64,000 bases of DNA from Guillardia theta CCMP2712 (Eukaryota; Protista; Cryptophyta), in contig NW_005434661.1 in NCBI RefSeq assembly GCF_000315625.1, positions 5,764 to 69,763 on the forward strand, written 5' to 3'. Below the pieces are notes generated by a model that saw only the letters and a program-made list of their open reading frames with translations, was not told the origin of the DNA and made no database searches. The position numbers were made by a program, and so were the translations under genes. Numbering within the stretch: the first letter of the stretch is position 1; every line of letters starts with the position of its first letter. Shown piece after piece: positions 48,639 to 61,765 of this stretch.

Positions 48639-49964
48639 ATGCCGATTCAGCGAGACACGCCACGGATGTATGGGAGGCGCACCCTCCTCTACCATTTGGA
48701 GAAGGCTGTGGTCAATCGCTCATCAGCGCGCATCATGCAGATTCTCATGCTCACGATTTCGCAGCATTCACGGCAGAGCATGCGGCTTCTTGGCATGGGG
48801 GTTGGTGATGCATTGTTTTGGCTGTTTCGTTCAAAACGTCGGGTGCGGGAGCTTGTGTGCTTGTTGTCTATGATGGACATGAACAACCGTATCGTCAATC
48901 TGCCCTTTCAGCGGACCGGATCGCAGGGACCACTGAAGACGCCAGATTCCTTCTCGCACGTGGAATTCGTGCAGCAGTTCCGTTTTCGTAAAGTACATTT
49001 TCATCGCATTCTGCGATGCTTGAAGGATGATAACGGGCAGCCAATGATGGTAGGGGACGAACCAATCTTGTTGAAGTTTGGAAAGCGAGGGCACAGGACA
49101 TCCGTGCGTGCAGACTCAGTCTTCATGATTTTCCTGCGTCGGCTGTCATATCCTGCGCGGTGGTGCGATCTGGTATATATTCTAGGTGGGTCCATCACAG
49201 TTCTTTCCGAAACTTTCAATCACATGGTCAGAATCTTGCACAAGAGGTACGCTATCTTGTTGGCAAGCATGCGGCCTTGGAGGCATCGATTTAGCCAATT
49301 TGCTGCTCACATGCGAAGTTGGGGTTGTCCACATGACAACCTTGTCGCTATTTTTGACGGTCATTTACAGCCCACGTGCCGACCCGGGGGTGATGCTAAC
49401 TGGAACTTGACCCTACATGACAGGCAGACGTTTGCCGGAAAGGAGAGGCTGCACGGGTTGAAGTATCAGGCTTGTGTATTCCCGAATGGGATATGCTGCG
49501 TGTGGGGGCCTTGGAGGGGTTGTGAACACGATGCAACAATGTTTCGGCGGTCTGACGTTCTTGAAACCTTGCGCGAGGTGTCAGAGGAGCAGGGGGTGGA
49601 CTTCTGCTGTTTTGGGGATTCGGCGTATCCCCTTAGCCGCTTCATGCAGCACATCTTGAAGGCTCCAGCGGAAGGGGAGCTCACGCGCCTGGAGAGGAGG
49701 TATAACGCCCTTATGGGCCGCTTTCGCATTGTCATTGAGAATTGCTTTGGAGAGGCAACTCAATACTTCGGCATGCTGCAACACCGACACAATCTGCGTT
49801 TGGGGAGCCAGCAGGTTGGGAAGCTCTTTCCTCTTGCGATGTTCATTTTCAACATCCACACTCTGTTTTATGGGAACCAGACAACAGCATACTTCGAAGG
49901 GGAGCACATGGTACTGGATGTGTCTGTGGAGGATTACCTGTCGTTGGCAGATGAGTTTCAATAA
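48639..49964 (+). CDS. PIF/Harbinger DDE transposase (DDE_Tnp_4/HARBI1-like)
   Basis: FRF, LRRLSYPARWCDL HTH region, IFDGH, HGLKYQA, EHDA, FGDSAYP, YNALMGRFRIVIENCFG; D-D-E triad intact. Confidence 0.93.
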   Translation: MPIQRDTPRMYGRRTLLYHLEKAVVNRSSARIMQILMLTISQHSRQSMRLLGMGVGDALFWLFRSKRRVRELVCLLSMMDMNNRIVNLPFQRTGSQGPLKTPDSFSHVEFVQQFRFRKVHFHRILRCLKDDNGQPMMVGDEPILLKFGKRGHRTSVRADSVFMIFLRRLSYPARWCDLVYILGGSITVLSETFNHMVRILHKRYAILLASMRPWRHRFSQFAAHMRSWGCPHDNLVAIFDGHLQPTCRPGGDANWNLTLHDRQTFAGKERLHGLKYQACVFPNGICCVWGPWRGCEHDATMFRRSDVLETLREVSEEQGVDFCCFGDSAYPLSRFMQHILKAPAEGELTRLERRYNALMGRFRIVIENCFGEATQYFGMLQHRHNLRLGSQQVGKLFPLAMFIFNIHTLFYGNQTTAYFEGEHMVLDVSVEDYLSLADEFQ

Positions 49965-49979
49965 AGAAAACCTCTACCG

Positions 49980-51020
49980 TTAGTCGTTCCCTTTCAGCAT
50001 CTTCACCAGATAATCTGGGATGTTCACACCCCTGTCATGCAAAGCCAGAAACGCGTTCATCGCATCGGCCGCCCGCTGCGAGCGAGTAGCTTCCGCCTTA
50101 ATTCGTTCTGCCTGGGCCTTGATGATATCTGCCTCGGCCTTGAGGACCTGTGCCTTCCCAAACTGCTCCATAACGGCTCTGTCGTTTGCCTGAGAGGACT
50201 CCAGTAGATCGCACAGGCGGTCTTGCTGACTGAGAACGCCCGCAACATGGTCGGAGGACGGGCTGCCGCTTTTGCGGTTGGGCCCTTTCCCGTTGGGATA
50301 CAGAGCTGGATCCTGCTTGGCGCGCTTCTGTAGACCGCATGAGGTGCCACGCCCATAACTGCCTCCCTGTTCATTCTTCTTGCGCGTTTTCTGAACAGAA
50401 TTATCCTCCTCGGAACTCGGATCTACAGGCTCGGGGGAGGGAGTTAAGCACTGCTCAGTCTGTGCTGCGATGTTATAACCACAACGTTTAGCGGTGGTCT
50501 CCATAGCACCCTGTAACCTCTCCCTGGCGTCATTCTCCTCATCCTGAGCATCCCTCTTCTCCCTCTCCTTCCGGTCTTTCATAGCCTTCATCCGGCCGGC
50601 CAGATCGAGCATGAGCTGGTGCATCTCTGAAAGTTCCCCGCCACCATTCTGCCACAGCTTCACCCATTTTTCCTCACCTCCGTTAGCGATTTCCTCAGCT
50701 TGTTTCTCAATCTTGCGCCATTTGTCCTTCAAGGTGTTCAACTTCAGCTGCCCTGCAAACACAGGATGCCCGTTGAGCGCCTCCTGAGCCTCCTTCAGCG
50801 TCTTCTCCTTCTTCCCCCATTCAAATATGGCACCATCGTTGTATTGCATGACACATTTGATGATCTCTACCATGCGCTGTTCCCCATCCCCCTTGAATTG
50901 CATGGCCGCATGGGACAGTTCAGATGGCTCTCCCACGCCTACTGCATTAGGTTCTTCATCGCCTGCTCCAACACGTAGTGGAGCGCCGTGGGGATCTTCA
51001 GCCTGCATAGGTTGCTGCAT
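49980..51020 (-). CDS. Harbinger ORF2 (Myb/SANT-like DNA-binding protein)
   Basis: Uninterrupted ORF convergent on the transposase inside the TIRs; LNGHPVF...TLKDKWRKI resembles a Myb/trihelix third helix. Confidence 0.75.
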   Translation of the reverse strand: MQQPMQAEDPHGAPLRVGAGDEEPNAVGVGEPSELSHAAMQFKGDGEQRMVEIIKCVMQYNDGAIFEWGKKEKTLKEAQEALNGHPVFAGQLKLNTLKDKWRKIEKQAEEIANGGEEKWVKLWQNGGGELSEMHQLMLDLAGRMKAMKDRKEREKRDAQDEENDARERLQGAMETTAKRCGYNIAAQTEQCLTPSPEPVDPSSEEDNSVQKTRKKNEQGGSYGRGTSCGLQKRAKQDPALYPNGKGPNRKSGSPSSDHVAGVLSQQDRLCDLLESSQANDRAVMEQFGKAQVLKAEADIIKAQAERIKAEATRSQRAADAMNAFLALHDRGVNIPDYLVKMLKGND

Positions 51021-51685
51021 GGTTGATGCGCGCGCGATTGGTGAATACAAGAAATTCAAATTAAATTCGCGTTGTAAGCTCGCGGTACATCAAATTGGCC
51101 TCTGGTACAAATTATTCATCGTACATTAAATTGCCTCTGGTACAACAATTTCATGGTACATTAATTCGAAAAGCTCTCGTTTCAATAGTCGGTGGAAATG
51201 CAATTGTGGGTGTATTCCACCAACTTTTGAATTTGCAATTCTGGGTCCGAGGTCCCATATTTGATTTACTCAATTTTTTGATGTACCAGCATTCCACCTG
51301 TAATTGGCGTACCGAACACGCCTACTGGTACCGGTGTTGCTCAGCCCCCACTACCCCCATGTCTTGTTTCTGGTAGGATCTCGTCTTGGGGAGCTTCGGA
51401 GTAGGTCTGCCACTGACTCCCGTCTAGCTTCACCCCCGTTATTCTAGCTAGAGTAACCTCGGATATTCTCAACGCCCTGCAAGGCATCCAGGGCTGTCAG
51501 GTGTGCCTCCTCCCTCCCCAGACTCAGCCCTGACTCATGTTCGGAGATCAAATTGAGAGTCACTTTCAAACGAGAAACTATACATTTACATTCGGCTGAT
51601 CTAGATATCAGTTATACACATTAGGTCAAGTTCATAGAATCCAGCGCAAGGAAGGAGACCGGAGGTATCACTTTGCTGCGCTGAT

Positions 51686-53449
51686 TCATTCGCACGCATG
51701 GTCCATGTCCGTCCCCGTCAGCTTCCATATAAGAAGCGCACAATCGAAAGGATTTTCTTCGGCCCCTGTTATCGCGTAAGATAGTCTTTCCATGCACCCA
51801 ACATTTCAGTACTCACCTTCAACAAACATCTGGCTGCTGTCCAGGTCCCCTTCCAACACGTCAGGTCCAGCACACCAAGAGCAGGAGAACAGACCGATCT
51901 CCTCGTACAGCCGCGTCCCTGTCCCAGCAGCAAGTAGGTCAAGGTAAGGGTGAAGCATGGAGGAGGTGATGTGCTGGGAAGGGCTGGAGAATGACGAAAA
52001 TGCGGCGGCCTCTGGATCCTGCAAGCTTTTGATGGTGTCGAAGCACCTGATGGTCCCGTCCTGTCTCAGACAATCGTATGAGATGCAAACCAACACTGCA
52101 CGTATGAAGCAAACATGGCTCGGGGTGAACAATTGCTGTCCCTTGGGATGAAGATCGAACTGCTATGATTGTGAGCGAAGCGTATGAGGCAGAAAGGCGA
52201 ACCTGTAGTCGCTGGTTGGTCGGTGCGCACCTTTCATACCGAAAGAGAACGTCTCCCGTATTTCTCACATCCCAGCACAAGATCTCATCGTCCTTGCGAG
52301 CTCCGCTGTACAAGTAGTTGCCGCAAGGGCTCCACGCCAACCAGGTTACGCCTCCTCGGTGACCCTGAGAGCGAGTCACGGCACGAAGAAGCAGGAACGA
52401 GAGCAGACGTTGAGAGTGTAGAGAAGCTTTCCTGCAGGGCTAGCAAGCAGAGCGATATGCCTCGAGTATGATCCCGCAGCGTAAAGTCCTGACCTGTTGA
52501 ATGACTTAGTAGGTTGACTCCCCTCACTCGTCTTCCACTTCCTTACCTATCTGGGTTGAAAGAGATGCAGGAGATGATTCCCCTCTGCCCAGTCGACTCT
52601 CTGTTTGCTCGTTTGAAGGTAGGTTGTAGCACATGTTCGCGGCTGACAAAGCTCAAGTCAGAACCTTTTAATAGACCACCGCTGCCTTCACCCTGGCCTC
52701 TCGATGTCAAACACTCGAATGCAGTTGTTGTACCCGCAGTACAGCTTATTGCTCGTGTTGTCAAAGCCAATCGAGTATGCTGCAGCTTTTGCACATGTCA
52801 GGCACCTCTCTCAGTCCCACCAGCCCCACTTAGTTCCTCTGCGTCGGTGTACGCACAATACGACCCGCGGCACTGTCCGGTGTAAGCATCCCATACGTGA
52901 ACAGGGTGATCTCTATCGCAGGCATCTGTCATGCAACAAGACCGGAAAGAGTTCAGGATGACCTCGTTGTGCTGAACACACAACACGTCTCAGGTTGACT
53001 TGAGTGCATCCCAGGATACCAAGCTGCACAATTCCGTCCATGTTACAAGAGGTAGGGCATGCAGGGGGATAGAGATGAAGGAGCACCTGACTCGTAGATC
53101 GTCTCTCCTTCCTCCTCACATTCTTCAGCTGCATACAGCAGAGCAAGGGAAGCTCAGACCTGGATCCTCAACGATGCCGTGAGACAGTCACGTGACTGAT
53201 CCCAGCTCTGCTCGTCGCTCGCATGCTCTTCGCCCCCTTGTGGGATCTCGAAGATTCGTAGGATTTTATCCTCCGAGCTGCCGCATACCGTCAGGCATTG
53301 GTGTCGTCATAGCACGCAGTCACGTTACCTCGTCAGGACGCACAGACCGTCGGGCGACCATTTCACGTCTTTTAGGAAGTTGTTCTTGACCTAGACACTT
53401 ACGTGTTGGCACTTTCGTGGCGAACAGTTTGAGCAGCAATGAACGCCAT
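51686..53449 (-). CDS. WRAP53: telomerase Cajal body protein 1 (WD40), multi-exon
   Basis: RDHPVHVWDAYTGQCRGSY, LYCGYNNCIRVFDIERPG, QRGIISCISFNP, GHRGGVTWLAWSPCGNYLYSGARKDDEILCWDVRN, TNQRL; start approximate. Confidence 0.85.
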
Positions 53450-53656
53450 CATAACATCCTCCTCCTCCTCCTCCTCACCTTCCCATCTTGATACTCCTTA
53501 GCCGCTGCCCACATGGCGCTGCCACTAACCATGATCGCCCACCGCACCCTACCCCCACCCCCATGCCTCATGCTTATAATACCCACCCCTTCATGGGATC
53601 TTCCGGCCCCGGGCAATTCGACTTCTACTACTGAGCCTCCGCTACTTGTCCGGGCG

Positions 53657-55795
53657 ATGGGTATGTGCGGGGAGGGGGGACCAAAGTTTGACAACCTCTG
53701 GGGGAGATGGGCATGGCAGTCACGGTTGGGGTGCCTGCTCTTGTCATGGCGGCATGGCTGTGCGTGGAGGGAGCAGAAGTTGTGCCGTCTCTCGCCCTCG
53801 AGGAGATGGTTGACATCGTAGCAGGCTCAGGTACCTCTTGCCGTCATTCCCCGGTGTGACTTCGTTTTCAAGGTTCTCAGTCCCGGCAGCGTATCGGAGC
53901 GAAGCTAGCAAGCAAGGAGCAGGTTAAGAGGATCATCTTGCCATCGACTCTGCTGTGCGACCTTGACTCGTGTATCTTCAGTCCGATCATGTCACCAAGT
54001 TGAAGCATAAACTATCTCGTAAGGTCCTGCCTTGAAAAGCATCAGGTATGACTGCTTCAGACCTGATAGGCAAGTCGTCGAGCCTCGAAATCCTCTCGTC
54101 ATCAGACTCCTCCTTCATCCACTTATCAGAGGGTTCCTCACCTCTCAGGTGAACCTCGCGTTGAGCTCAACAGTTGCTGAGCAACAGGAAGCAGCAGCGT
54201 TCTACATGTCAGTCACGGCGACCTTCTTCGGTCCCTCCACTACCAGCATGAGACGGTGAAGTTTGTCGGCGAGCATATTCGTTGCTCATGATGTCTGGTT
54301 ACATCAGAAAACCTCTGGCATGTCAGCGATCAGGAGCAACAACTTCCTCCTCTCTCCCATCGCTCCTCTGAGTTGCTTCCTGCGGGTGAACGCGTCATGG
54401 AGCATGTTTCAAGAGTCGAGGTACATCGAGCACAGTCAGGGCATCCCAGGAACGAGCAGCGTGATAGCAGTCGTGAGCAACGAAGAGTCCGCTCTCGTCA
54501 ACTACCTCCGTCAGTTCCCCGACCTGTACAACTTCGTCGCCAACAGTCAGCAGCTCTTTGGGATGGAGGGGAGGAAGATTGTGCGGGTAGATATGGAGAC
54601 GAACAAGATCCTGTGGGAAGCAGGATCCGGTCAAGTTGGCTCTGCCGATGGGACTGCAACCGCCTCGTCCTTCTCTTCTTCCATTACAGGCCTGGCATGG
54701 GCCCCTTCATGTACCCAAGGGGTCAGTAATTGATGTTATCCTCCCCTCCCATCCCCTCCTCGTCCTCCCTCTTCCTGCTGCTTCTATTCGTCATGCAATT
54801 ATCTGCCAGGAAGTCTGCTCTGTCCATGGAGCACGAGAAGGCTTTTTCCAGCAGCAGGGGATGCAGAACTGGATTTACGTGGCAGATTCCGGAAATGTGA
54901 GACAGAGGAGGAGGAGTGGAGGAAAGGTGGAGGGGGAGCGAAGGGAAAGGGAGAAGATGGAGAAAGTAAGGAGGAGGAAGAGGGGGGGGGAGGGGACAAA
55001 GAGGAAGAGGGGGACCAAGCGGAGGAAGCTGCTAAACAGACGAAACAAGTGATGTTTGCGTGGGAGAAGTAGCAGCAGCATGAAAGGAGATGTACAACGC
55101 GAGGAGATGTAGCTAGAGGGGGAGGGGAGTGGGACTGAAGGAAAGAACGGCTCTTGTGACAAGTTTCTTGCTTTCAGTGTCTCATCAGACTTGTGGACTT
55201 TGCGAGTGGAGCGACAAGGACGAAATGGGGACGAGGATGTTTGAACGGGACAGACGCACAAGACCCGAACTTGTACACTGACAGCCCTATCCCCTCCAAG
55301 AACGTCCTTGGAAGGTTCCAATGCTTTTCTTCGCCCTCGTTTTCTCTTCTTTCATCCTCGTCTTCGGCCTGCCCAGCCATTGCTCTTGCTCTTTTTCTTG
55401 CTCGTGCTCGTGCTCGTGCTCGTGCTCTTGCTCTTCATCCTCGTCTATTGGCATGGTCCTTCTTTCCTCGTTTGCTGCTCAATTCTTCCTCCTCTCCCCC
55501 CCGCTCCCCCTTCGCTTCTTCTCCCTCCCTCCTTCATCTTCTCACGAGTGTCTCCCTGGCTGCAGTCACCTTTCAATCGCGTGGGTCTCTTGGAAGTTCT
55601 TCATCGTAGCTGACAGAGACGCGAAGTGGGTCAACTGACGCGTCAAAGTCTGTTTGACGTCTGTACGTCTGCAGTCGCATCCGAATGTTTGTCACCAGTC
55701 AGCATCAAGGGCTGTCTCCTCTTGCCGGCAGGTGAGATGATGGCAGCAGCCCGGCAGATTGACTTTCCTCCTCCTCCTCCTCCTCCTCCTCCTCC

Positions 55796-55830
<35 letters not shown>

Positions 55831-57598
55831 CTCTTCCTCTTCCTCCTCCCCTTCAATTCCCTCCGCTCCAGCTTTGCTCCGTCTGCTGTCTAGGATGTTT
55901 AATCATGTACATCTCAAGAAACGCTTATCGTTTCTTCTTCCAGCAACGTCTCTGCCTGCAATTCCTCCAGTCAGCTCGACGGGGATGGCATGACAGCAAC
56001 GTGACTCCTTCCTCCCTCTCGACGCTCCTGCTTGACTTGCCTGCAGCTTCTGCCGTCCTGACGCTGTCGCTGCGTCCTCGAGCGGAACTTTCGCCGTCGT
56101 CTCAGGAAAGTTGTCAAGATGTGTGGAGAGAGCGTGAAAGACTTTGCAGAGGATGTGCGATCCTCGTACCGCCGGTTGAGGATCTTGAGATTCGAATATG
56201 AGGTGAGGAAGGAAGGGAGGAAGGGAGAGGAATGGAGAGAACAGGAAGGAAGGAAGGGGAGGGAGAGGAGCATAAGGAAGAAGAAGAGAGGATTGGGGGA
56301 GAGGCTGAGTGGAGGAGAATAGCGATGAAGTAACCTTTGTTGGTATTCCAGTACTTGCCTGGAGGAGACGTCAAAGATGTGAAATGTACCGTGAAGACTT
56401 TAATCTATCAACCCATTACAGGACACGTGGGAAAACTCTCCTCCTCCCCCTCCCCCCCTTCTTTCTTCATCTCTCCTCCTCTCCTCCTCTCCTCCTTTGC
56501 TCTATTTCTCTCTCCTCCCCCCTCCATGCATCTCTTGATCACCTTACTTCACTTCACCTCATCTTCTCTCTCTTCCTAACCTCCTCAGCTCAAGTCTTCT
56601 TCTCTCTGCTTTGTACCCTCTATCGCTCCTCCTTAGAGTCAACCCCTTCCCTTCTCTTCCTCTTCTTCCATCTCTTCCTTCTCTTCCTCTTCTTCCTCTT
56701 CTTCCTCTTCTTCCTCTTCCTTCTCTTCTTCTTCTCCCTCTTCTGCTTTCTCCTCACTTTCTCGCAGGATCAGCTCTTTAGCCCATATGGCGGACTTCAG
56801 CTGTCCCCTGACGGACAGTTTCTCCTCTCTGGTTCAACACCACAGAGGTGAAGAAGGGCAGGAGGAGGGGGAGGAGGAGGAGGAGGAGGAGGAGGAGGAG
56901 GAGGAGGAGGAGAAGGAGGAGGAAGGAGAATATCGTTTGCAATCATCCGCTGACTCTGATTCTCCTCNNNNNNNNNNNNNNNNNNNNNNNNNNNNNNNNN
57001 NNNNNNNNNNNNNNNNNNNNNNNNNNNNNNNNNNNNNNNNNNNNNNNNNNNNNNNNNNNNNNNNNNNGGAGGAGAGTTTCTCTGCCCAGACTGCTCCTCC
57101 TCCTCCTCCTCCTCCTCCTCCGCAAGGAGCTCTTCTGTACCCGCCGAGCAAATGTAACCCTTCTCCGTCTCCCTCACTCTCCCTCACTCTCCCTCTCCCT
57201 TTCCTCCCTCCTCCCCTCCTTGAACTTGTCTCCTTTCTCCGCCCTGTTTCCGCTTCCTGTTTGAATTTCTTTTTCGTCTTCGTCGCTCACTTTGAATCTT
57301 CAGGGGCCAGGCACAGACAGAAGAAATAAAGAGGAGCCTCCAAGGTACTTGCTGCCTCTCCTCCTCCCTCCCCCCCTCCCCTCCTCGTGCTGTTCAACGG
57401 TTCACGTCCTGCTCCTGCCCTTCCGTACTCTGCTCTCCTCCTCCTCCTCCTCCTCCTCCTCCTCCTCCTCCTCCTCACTCTGACAGGCCGTGCAGATTTG
57501 CGGGCGATGCTGGAGGAGCACAAGAGAGTTGTGGTGACCGATGGAGGGAGGTGGATCAGGTTGGTGGAGACAAGCGAGCTGAAGAAGCTCATGAGATG
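53657..57598 (+). CDS. hypothetical multi-exon protein with NHL/beta-propeller-like segments
   Basis: AGSGQVGSADGTATASSF..ITGLAW, IYVADSGN, LFSPYGGLQLSPDGQFLL; exon structure poorly resolved and interrupted by a gap. Confidence 0.4.
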
Positions 57599-57665
57599 AA
57601 AGTTTCTTTGTTCACTGGATGTCGGAGAGAAGAGTTTGTGTGAAAGATAATAAAGTTCAATGTGA

Positions 57666-57790
57666 GGAGACGAGACGAGACGAGACGAGACGAGACGAGA
57701 CGAGATGAGATGAGATGAGATGAGATGAGACGAGATGAGATGAGATGAGACGAGACGAGACGAGACGAGATGAGATGAAATAAGATGAGA
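57666..57790. repeat. (GAGAC/GAGAT)n pentamer microsatellite
   Basis: Direct reading. Confidence 0.9.
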
Positions 57791-57937
57791 GGAAAGCATT
57801 TATCTCATTTATCATTATCTAAAGATTTTTTAAGGTTTGTTTTGTGTCATAGTAATTCTACAGTTGAGCAAATAGCAAATCATGAACAGTGAGAGACTCA
57901 AAGATGGTTGTTGTTGATTCTGCTGCTGCTGTTGCCA

Positions 57938-57989
<52 letters not shown>

Positions 57990-58046
57990 GATGATGATGA
58001 TGGTGGTGGTGGTGGTGGTGGTGGTGGTGGTGGTGGTGATGGTGAT
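57938..58046. repeat. compound (TGT)n(TGA)n(TGG)n trinucleotide microsatellite
   Basis: Direct reading. Confidence 0.9.
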
Positions 58047-58334
58047 GTTCATGATCGTGGTGACGACATCATCTTGAGACAAGCACAACAACAGCGATGA
58101 CAAATGCAATCAAGATGACCTAAGAAACAAGATGAGTCGCAACAGCACAAGTCAGAACAAGCTTGCAACACAACAAGCCTGACCGAAGTGAAAATCAGCA
58201 CTGCGATGAGGCGAAACAGCTTTTTTATGCTTCTGGAGAGCTTGTTGAGCTGCAAAGAAGTGAGGAGAAAAAATAGAGAAACAAACGCTGCAAGAAAACC
58301 AACAAGCACAACGGGGTAGAGAGAGCGATGACAA

Positions 58335-58562
58335 TCACATGAAACAGCAAGAAAGCAAGAGGCAGATTTGAGATGCACTTACAACCTCTTGATCAACTTC
58401 TACCCTTGGCTTCATCCCCTCATCCTCAGTTTCATTCGCTGCAAACAAGATCTTAACAGAGAATGACAACGTCGTGATGAACCTGATGCCTGAACTGCAC
58501 AATCTCGATACTGCCTGAAGATCAAAATTAATCCGTTTATCATCGTGTTTGTCATGGTTATG

Positions 58563-58607
<45 letters not shown>

Positions 58608-60865
58608 TTCATCATCATCTTCATCATCATCTCCCTCACCTGAGGTCATGACTTCGTATTTTGCTACTCTCATCTTCAACTCGCAGCATCTGTTGTGTTT
58701 GCTTCGGCCCGTTCTGCCCTTCCATGTTGTTGAGTTCTCTTGCGACATCGATGTGACATTCAAGTGCTGAACCTAAGCATCAAATCAACAACGCTCGAGA
58801 TGAAAGGAGGGGAGAAGAGAGGCAGGGAGGGGAGAAGAGAGGAGGGGAGGGGAGGGGAGGGGAGAGGAGGGGAGGGGAGAAGAGAGGAGGGGAGGGGAGG
58901 GAAGGGGAGGGGAGGGGAGGGGAAGTGGACAGGACAGGACAGGACAGGACAGGAAGAGGAGGAAAGGAGAGGAGGGGAGCGCATCACCTCGCGAATTTCC
59001 TTTGAGAACCTCAACATTGATCGCTTCAACTCTCTCACTCTCGTTCTCACCTGCTTTCATATTGTCTACATCGACTCCTGTTCCTTCAGAGGCTCCTCCT
59101 GCTCCTGCTCCTGCTCCTCCTGCTCCTGCTCCTGCTCCTGCTCCCTCTCCTAATGTCTGCTCGTCATCAGAGGAGTTCTCCTCTTGTCTCTCTTCTAGTG
59201 CTTCTGGAATCACCTGCTCTCGCAGGTCAGACGATGGTGCTGCAGTGAAGGGCAGGGAAAGGGACGACATGAGAAGGCAAGAGGAGGAGGCAGGGGAGCG
59301 AAAGAGGAGGAGGAGGAGGAGGAGAAGGAGGAGGGGGAGAAGGAGGAGGAGAAGGAGGAGGAGGAGGAGGAGGGGAGAGAAACCTCCATCAATGGCGCCT
59401 GTGCTGACAACCTCAACGGCCAGGTTGCGCTTCTTGTGCTGCTCTCCGGCTCGACCCGGACATCGATGGTTGCTGGCTCAAGAAATGAAACCCAATCCCC
59501 TCCTCTTGCTGCATCTCCTTCAGCAGCCCCGTCCGTTCCTCTGATTCCTGCTGGGGCTGGGGCTGATAATCTTCCTCCTCCTGGCTGCTCACTGATGTCA
59601 ACAATATCTTCACCATGGTCGCGATGGCACAGTGAGGAGCTGATAGTCTCGAGGAGAACCCCTGGCTCCTCTCCTCCTCCTCTTCGAGCCTCTCGATCGG
59701 CTTCTGCTGTTGCCATCTGATCTTTCCCGGGCGTCGTGACGTCGAACGGATTCCACGAGTGCTGAGCTGGCGGGAGGGAAGTCGCAGTTGGTGATGGAGG
59801 AGGGGATGAGGATGCTGGAAGAGCAAAGAAAGGAGCAGGAGCAGGAGGACGAGCAAGAGGAGAAGCAGGAGGAGGAGCAGGAGGAGGAGCAGGAGGAGTA
59901 TCTGATAGGAACTTGCTGTCCCTCGAAAGCTCTGCTGACTTCTCGAAGCTCAGGCGGGAGCGCAAGTCAAGAGCAGGAGAGGAAAAGTGCACAGGAGAGG
60001 AGAAGGAGGCCGTCAGAGTCTCGAGGTCGATGAACCCTCCTCCCTCCCTGCTGATCGAGATCTCACGCGCACCTCCTCCTGGGGCTTCCCCGCCAGGGGA
60101 CTCTTCCTCGCCCTCTCCTCCTTCCTCCTCCCATCTGCTAGACTCCTCGTCCTCGTCCTCGTGATTTTGATCGCCGGGCTTCTCCTCTACTGCTGTTCCC
60201 TCGGCCATGAAGGCTTCAGATTTGATCATGCCGAACTCTGATTCCGACAACACACCGATATCAACCAGCTCCCTGAGATGAGCTGTGAGAGGTCAAGCAT
60301 GTGAAGATGCGGTGAAGGAAAAGACCAACAGGAGAGGGAGATGAAGGATTGAAGGAGAACACAAGGCAGAGTGCGAGGAAGAAGTCAAGAAAGGAACAGA
60401 GATCTCAGACAGGTAAGGAGGGGAGGGAGAAGTCAAAGGTGGGAGTTGATGCGAATGGAGTGAGGGCAAGAGAAGAAGATGACAGTGAGGATGACAGCAT
60501 GATGGCAAAAGGATAACGATAAGGAGGAGGAGGATGAAGATGATGATGAGAATGATGATGATGATAAGAATGATGATGATGATAAGAATGATGACGACAA
60601 CGACAACGGGGAGGAGGAGCACGAGGCAGCGTCACCTTAGATCTTGTTCAAGTCGGGTTGACTCCTCTCTGTACGACTTCATCGACAGCCTTTCTGCTCC
60701 CTCCCGTCGCTCGTTCATCAGCTCCAGCGACGATTGTCGCAACACACTCAAGACTGGGTCCAACGACGCAGTCGGGCTCGTGCGACTCGACCCGTCCGCC
60801 ACCTGAGAGCCTTGTCTTCAGCCCATAGAGGAGAAGATAGGAGATAGTTGACCTTGACCACCATG
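58335..60865 (-). CDS. hypothetical low-complexity acidic/Pro-rich protein, multi-exon
   Basis: 347-aa ORF 59210-60253 plus flanking GT-AG bounded exons; ends uncertain. Confidence 0.4.
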
Positions 60866-61765
60866 GCTGATAACTTTCAAGTCTCCAGGAATGGTTCAGG
60901 AGTCTGTCCTTGAGACGTCAGAATGGTTAAGTACATCTAAAACTCCCCATTCCTCTCTTTCGCTCCCTGGCTTCTTCCTCCCCCCCCTCACCCTGGTTCC
61001 CTCCCTTCCGAGGCTGTCTCCAGGCCGCTTCTGCTCCGACCCATTGTACTACTCCTTTGGCTCTCCTACCTCAACTCTACGGTGTCAGCTGCTCCTCAGT
61101 CCACTGCAGCTGCCCCTGCCCCTTCCCTTACTGCCCCTGATGCCCTCGATGCCGCCCTTGCTGGAGCCTCCTCAGTGCTTCTCCTCCTCCTCCTCCCCCG
61201 TGCTCGTCATGGTCGCGGCAGTCGGAGCCGACGGAAATGCCGGCGCATCTCAGATCATTTGAAAACCGAGGTTGGGGCCTTCACCCGCAAGATTCAGTAC
61301 TGGAACTAACCAACTGATACACTGAAGTAATATTTAAAATATACAGAATTTAGTTAACTATTTCAATGATGTAGTGAGATGTTGTACTGGAGGCAAGTTG
61401 AGCTAAAAGCACACTACGGATAACTGAAACTTGAAAAAATGGCGGGAGAAGCAGAGAGGAGGGAGGGAGGGGGAGAGAGAGGGAGAGAGAGAGAGGAAGC
61501 AGGATCGAGGAGTGAGGCAGACAGGTATGCAGAAGGAGGGTTGCTGGGAAGGTAGGAGCTTGATGCCTTTCATGTGATGAGAGAAGGGCGGGCCGTTTTC
61601 CCTCAGACAGGAATGCGGTTGGAGCAATGGTAACAAATAGAAGAGGCGTGCGAGGAGGGAAGAGCGAACGAAGGAAGGGAACAGATGGCATGACAGCATG
61701 GCAAGAGAAAGGCAACACTGACTTGTATCTGTAGGAACACTCCACGAGTACGTCTGTAGTGAAAC

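Larger units (their letters stand above)
48467..51323. mobile_element. PIF/Harbinger DNA transposon, apparently complete
   Basis: Perfect 28-bp TIRs AGGCGTGTTCGGTACGCCAATTACAGGT (48467-48494; 51296-51323), 3-bp TSD ACT on both sides, two convergent ORFs. Confidence 0.93.

Noticed and set aside
48618-51059. Domesticated HARBI1/NAIF1-type host gene pair
   Set aside because: Perfect TIRs and a TSD indicate a genuine transposon copy
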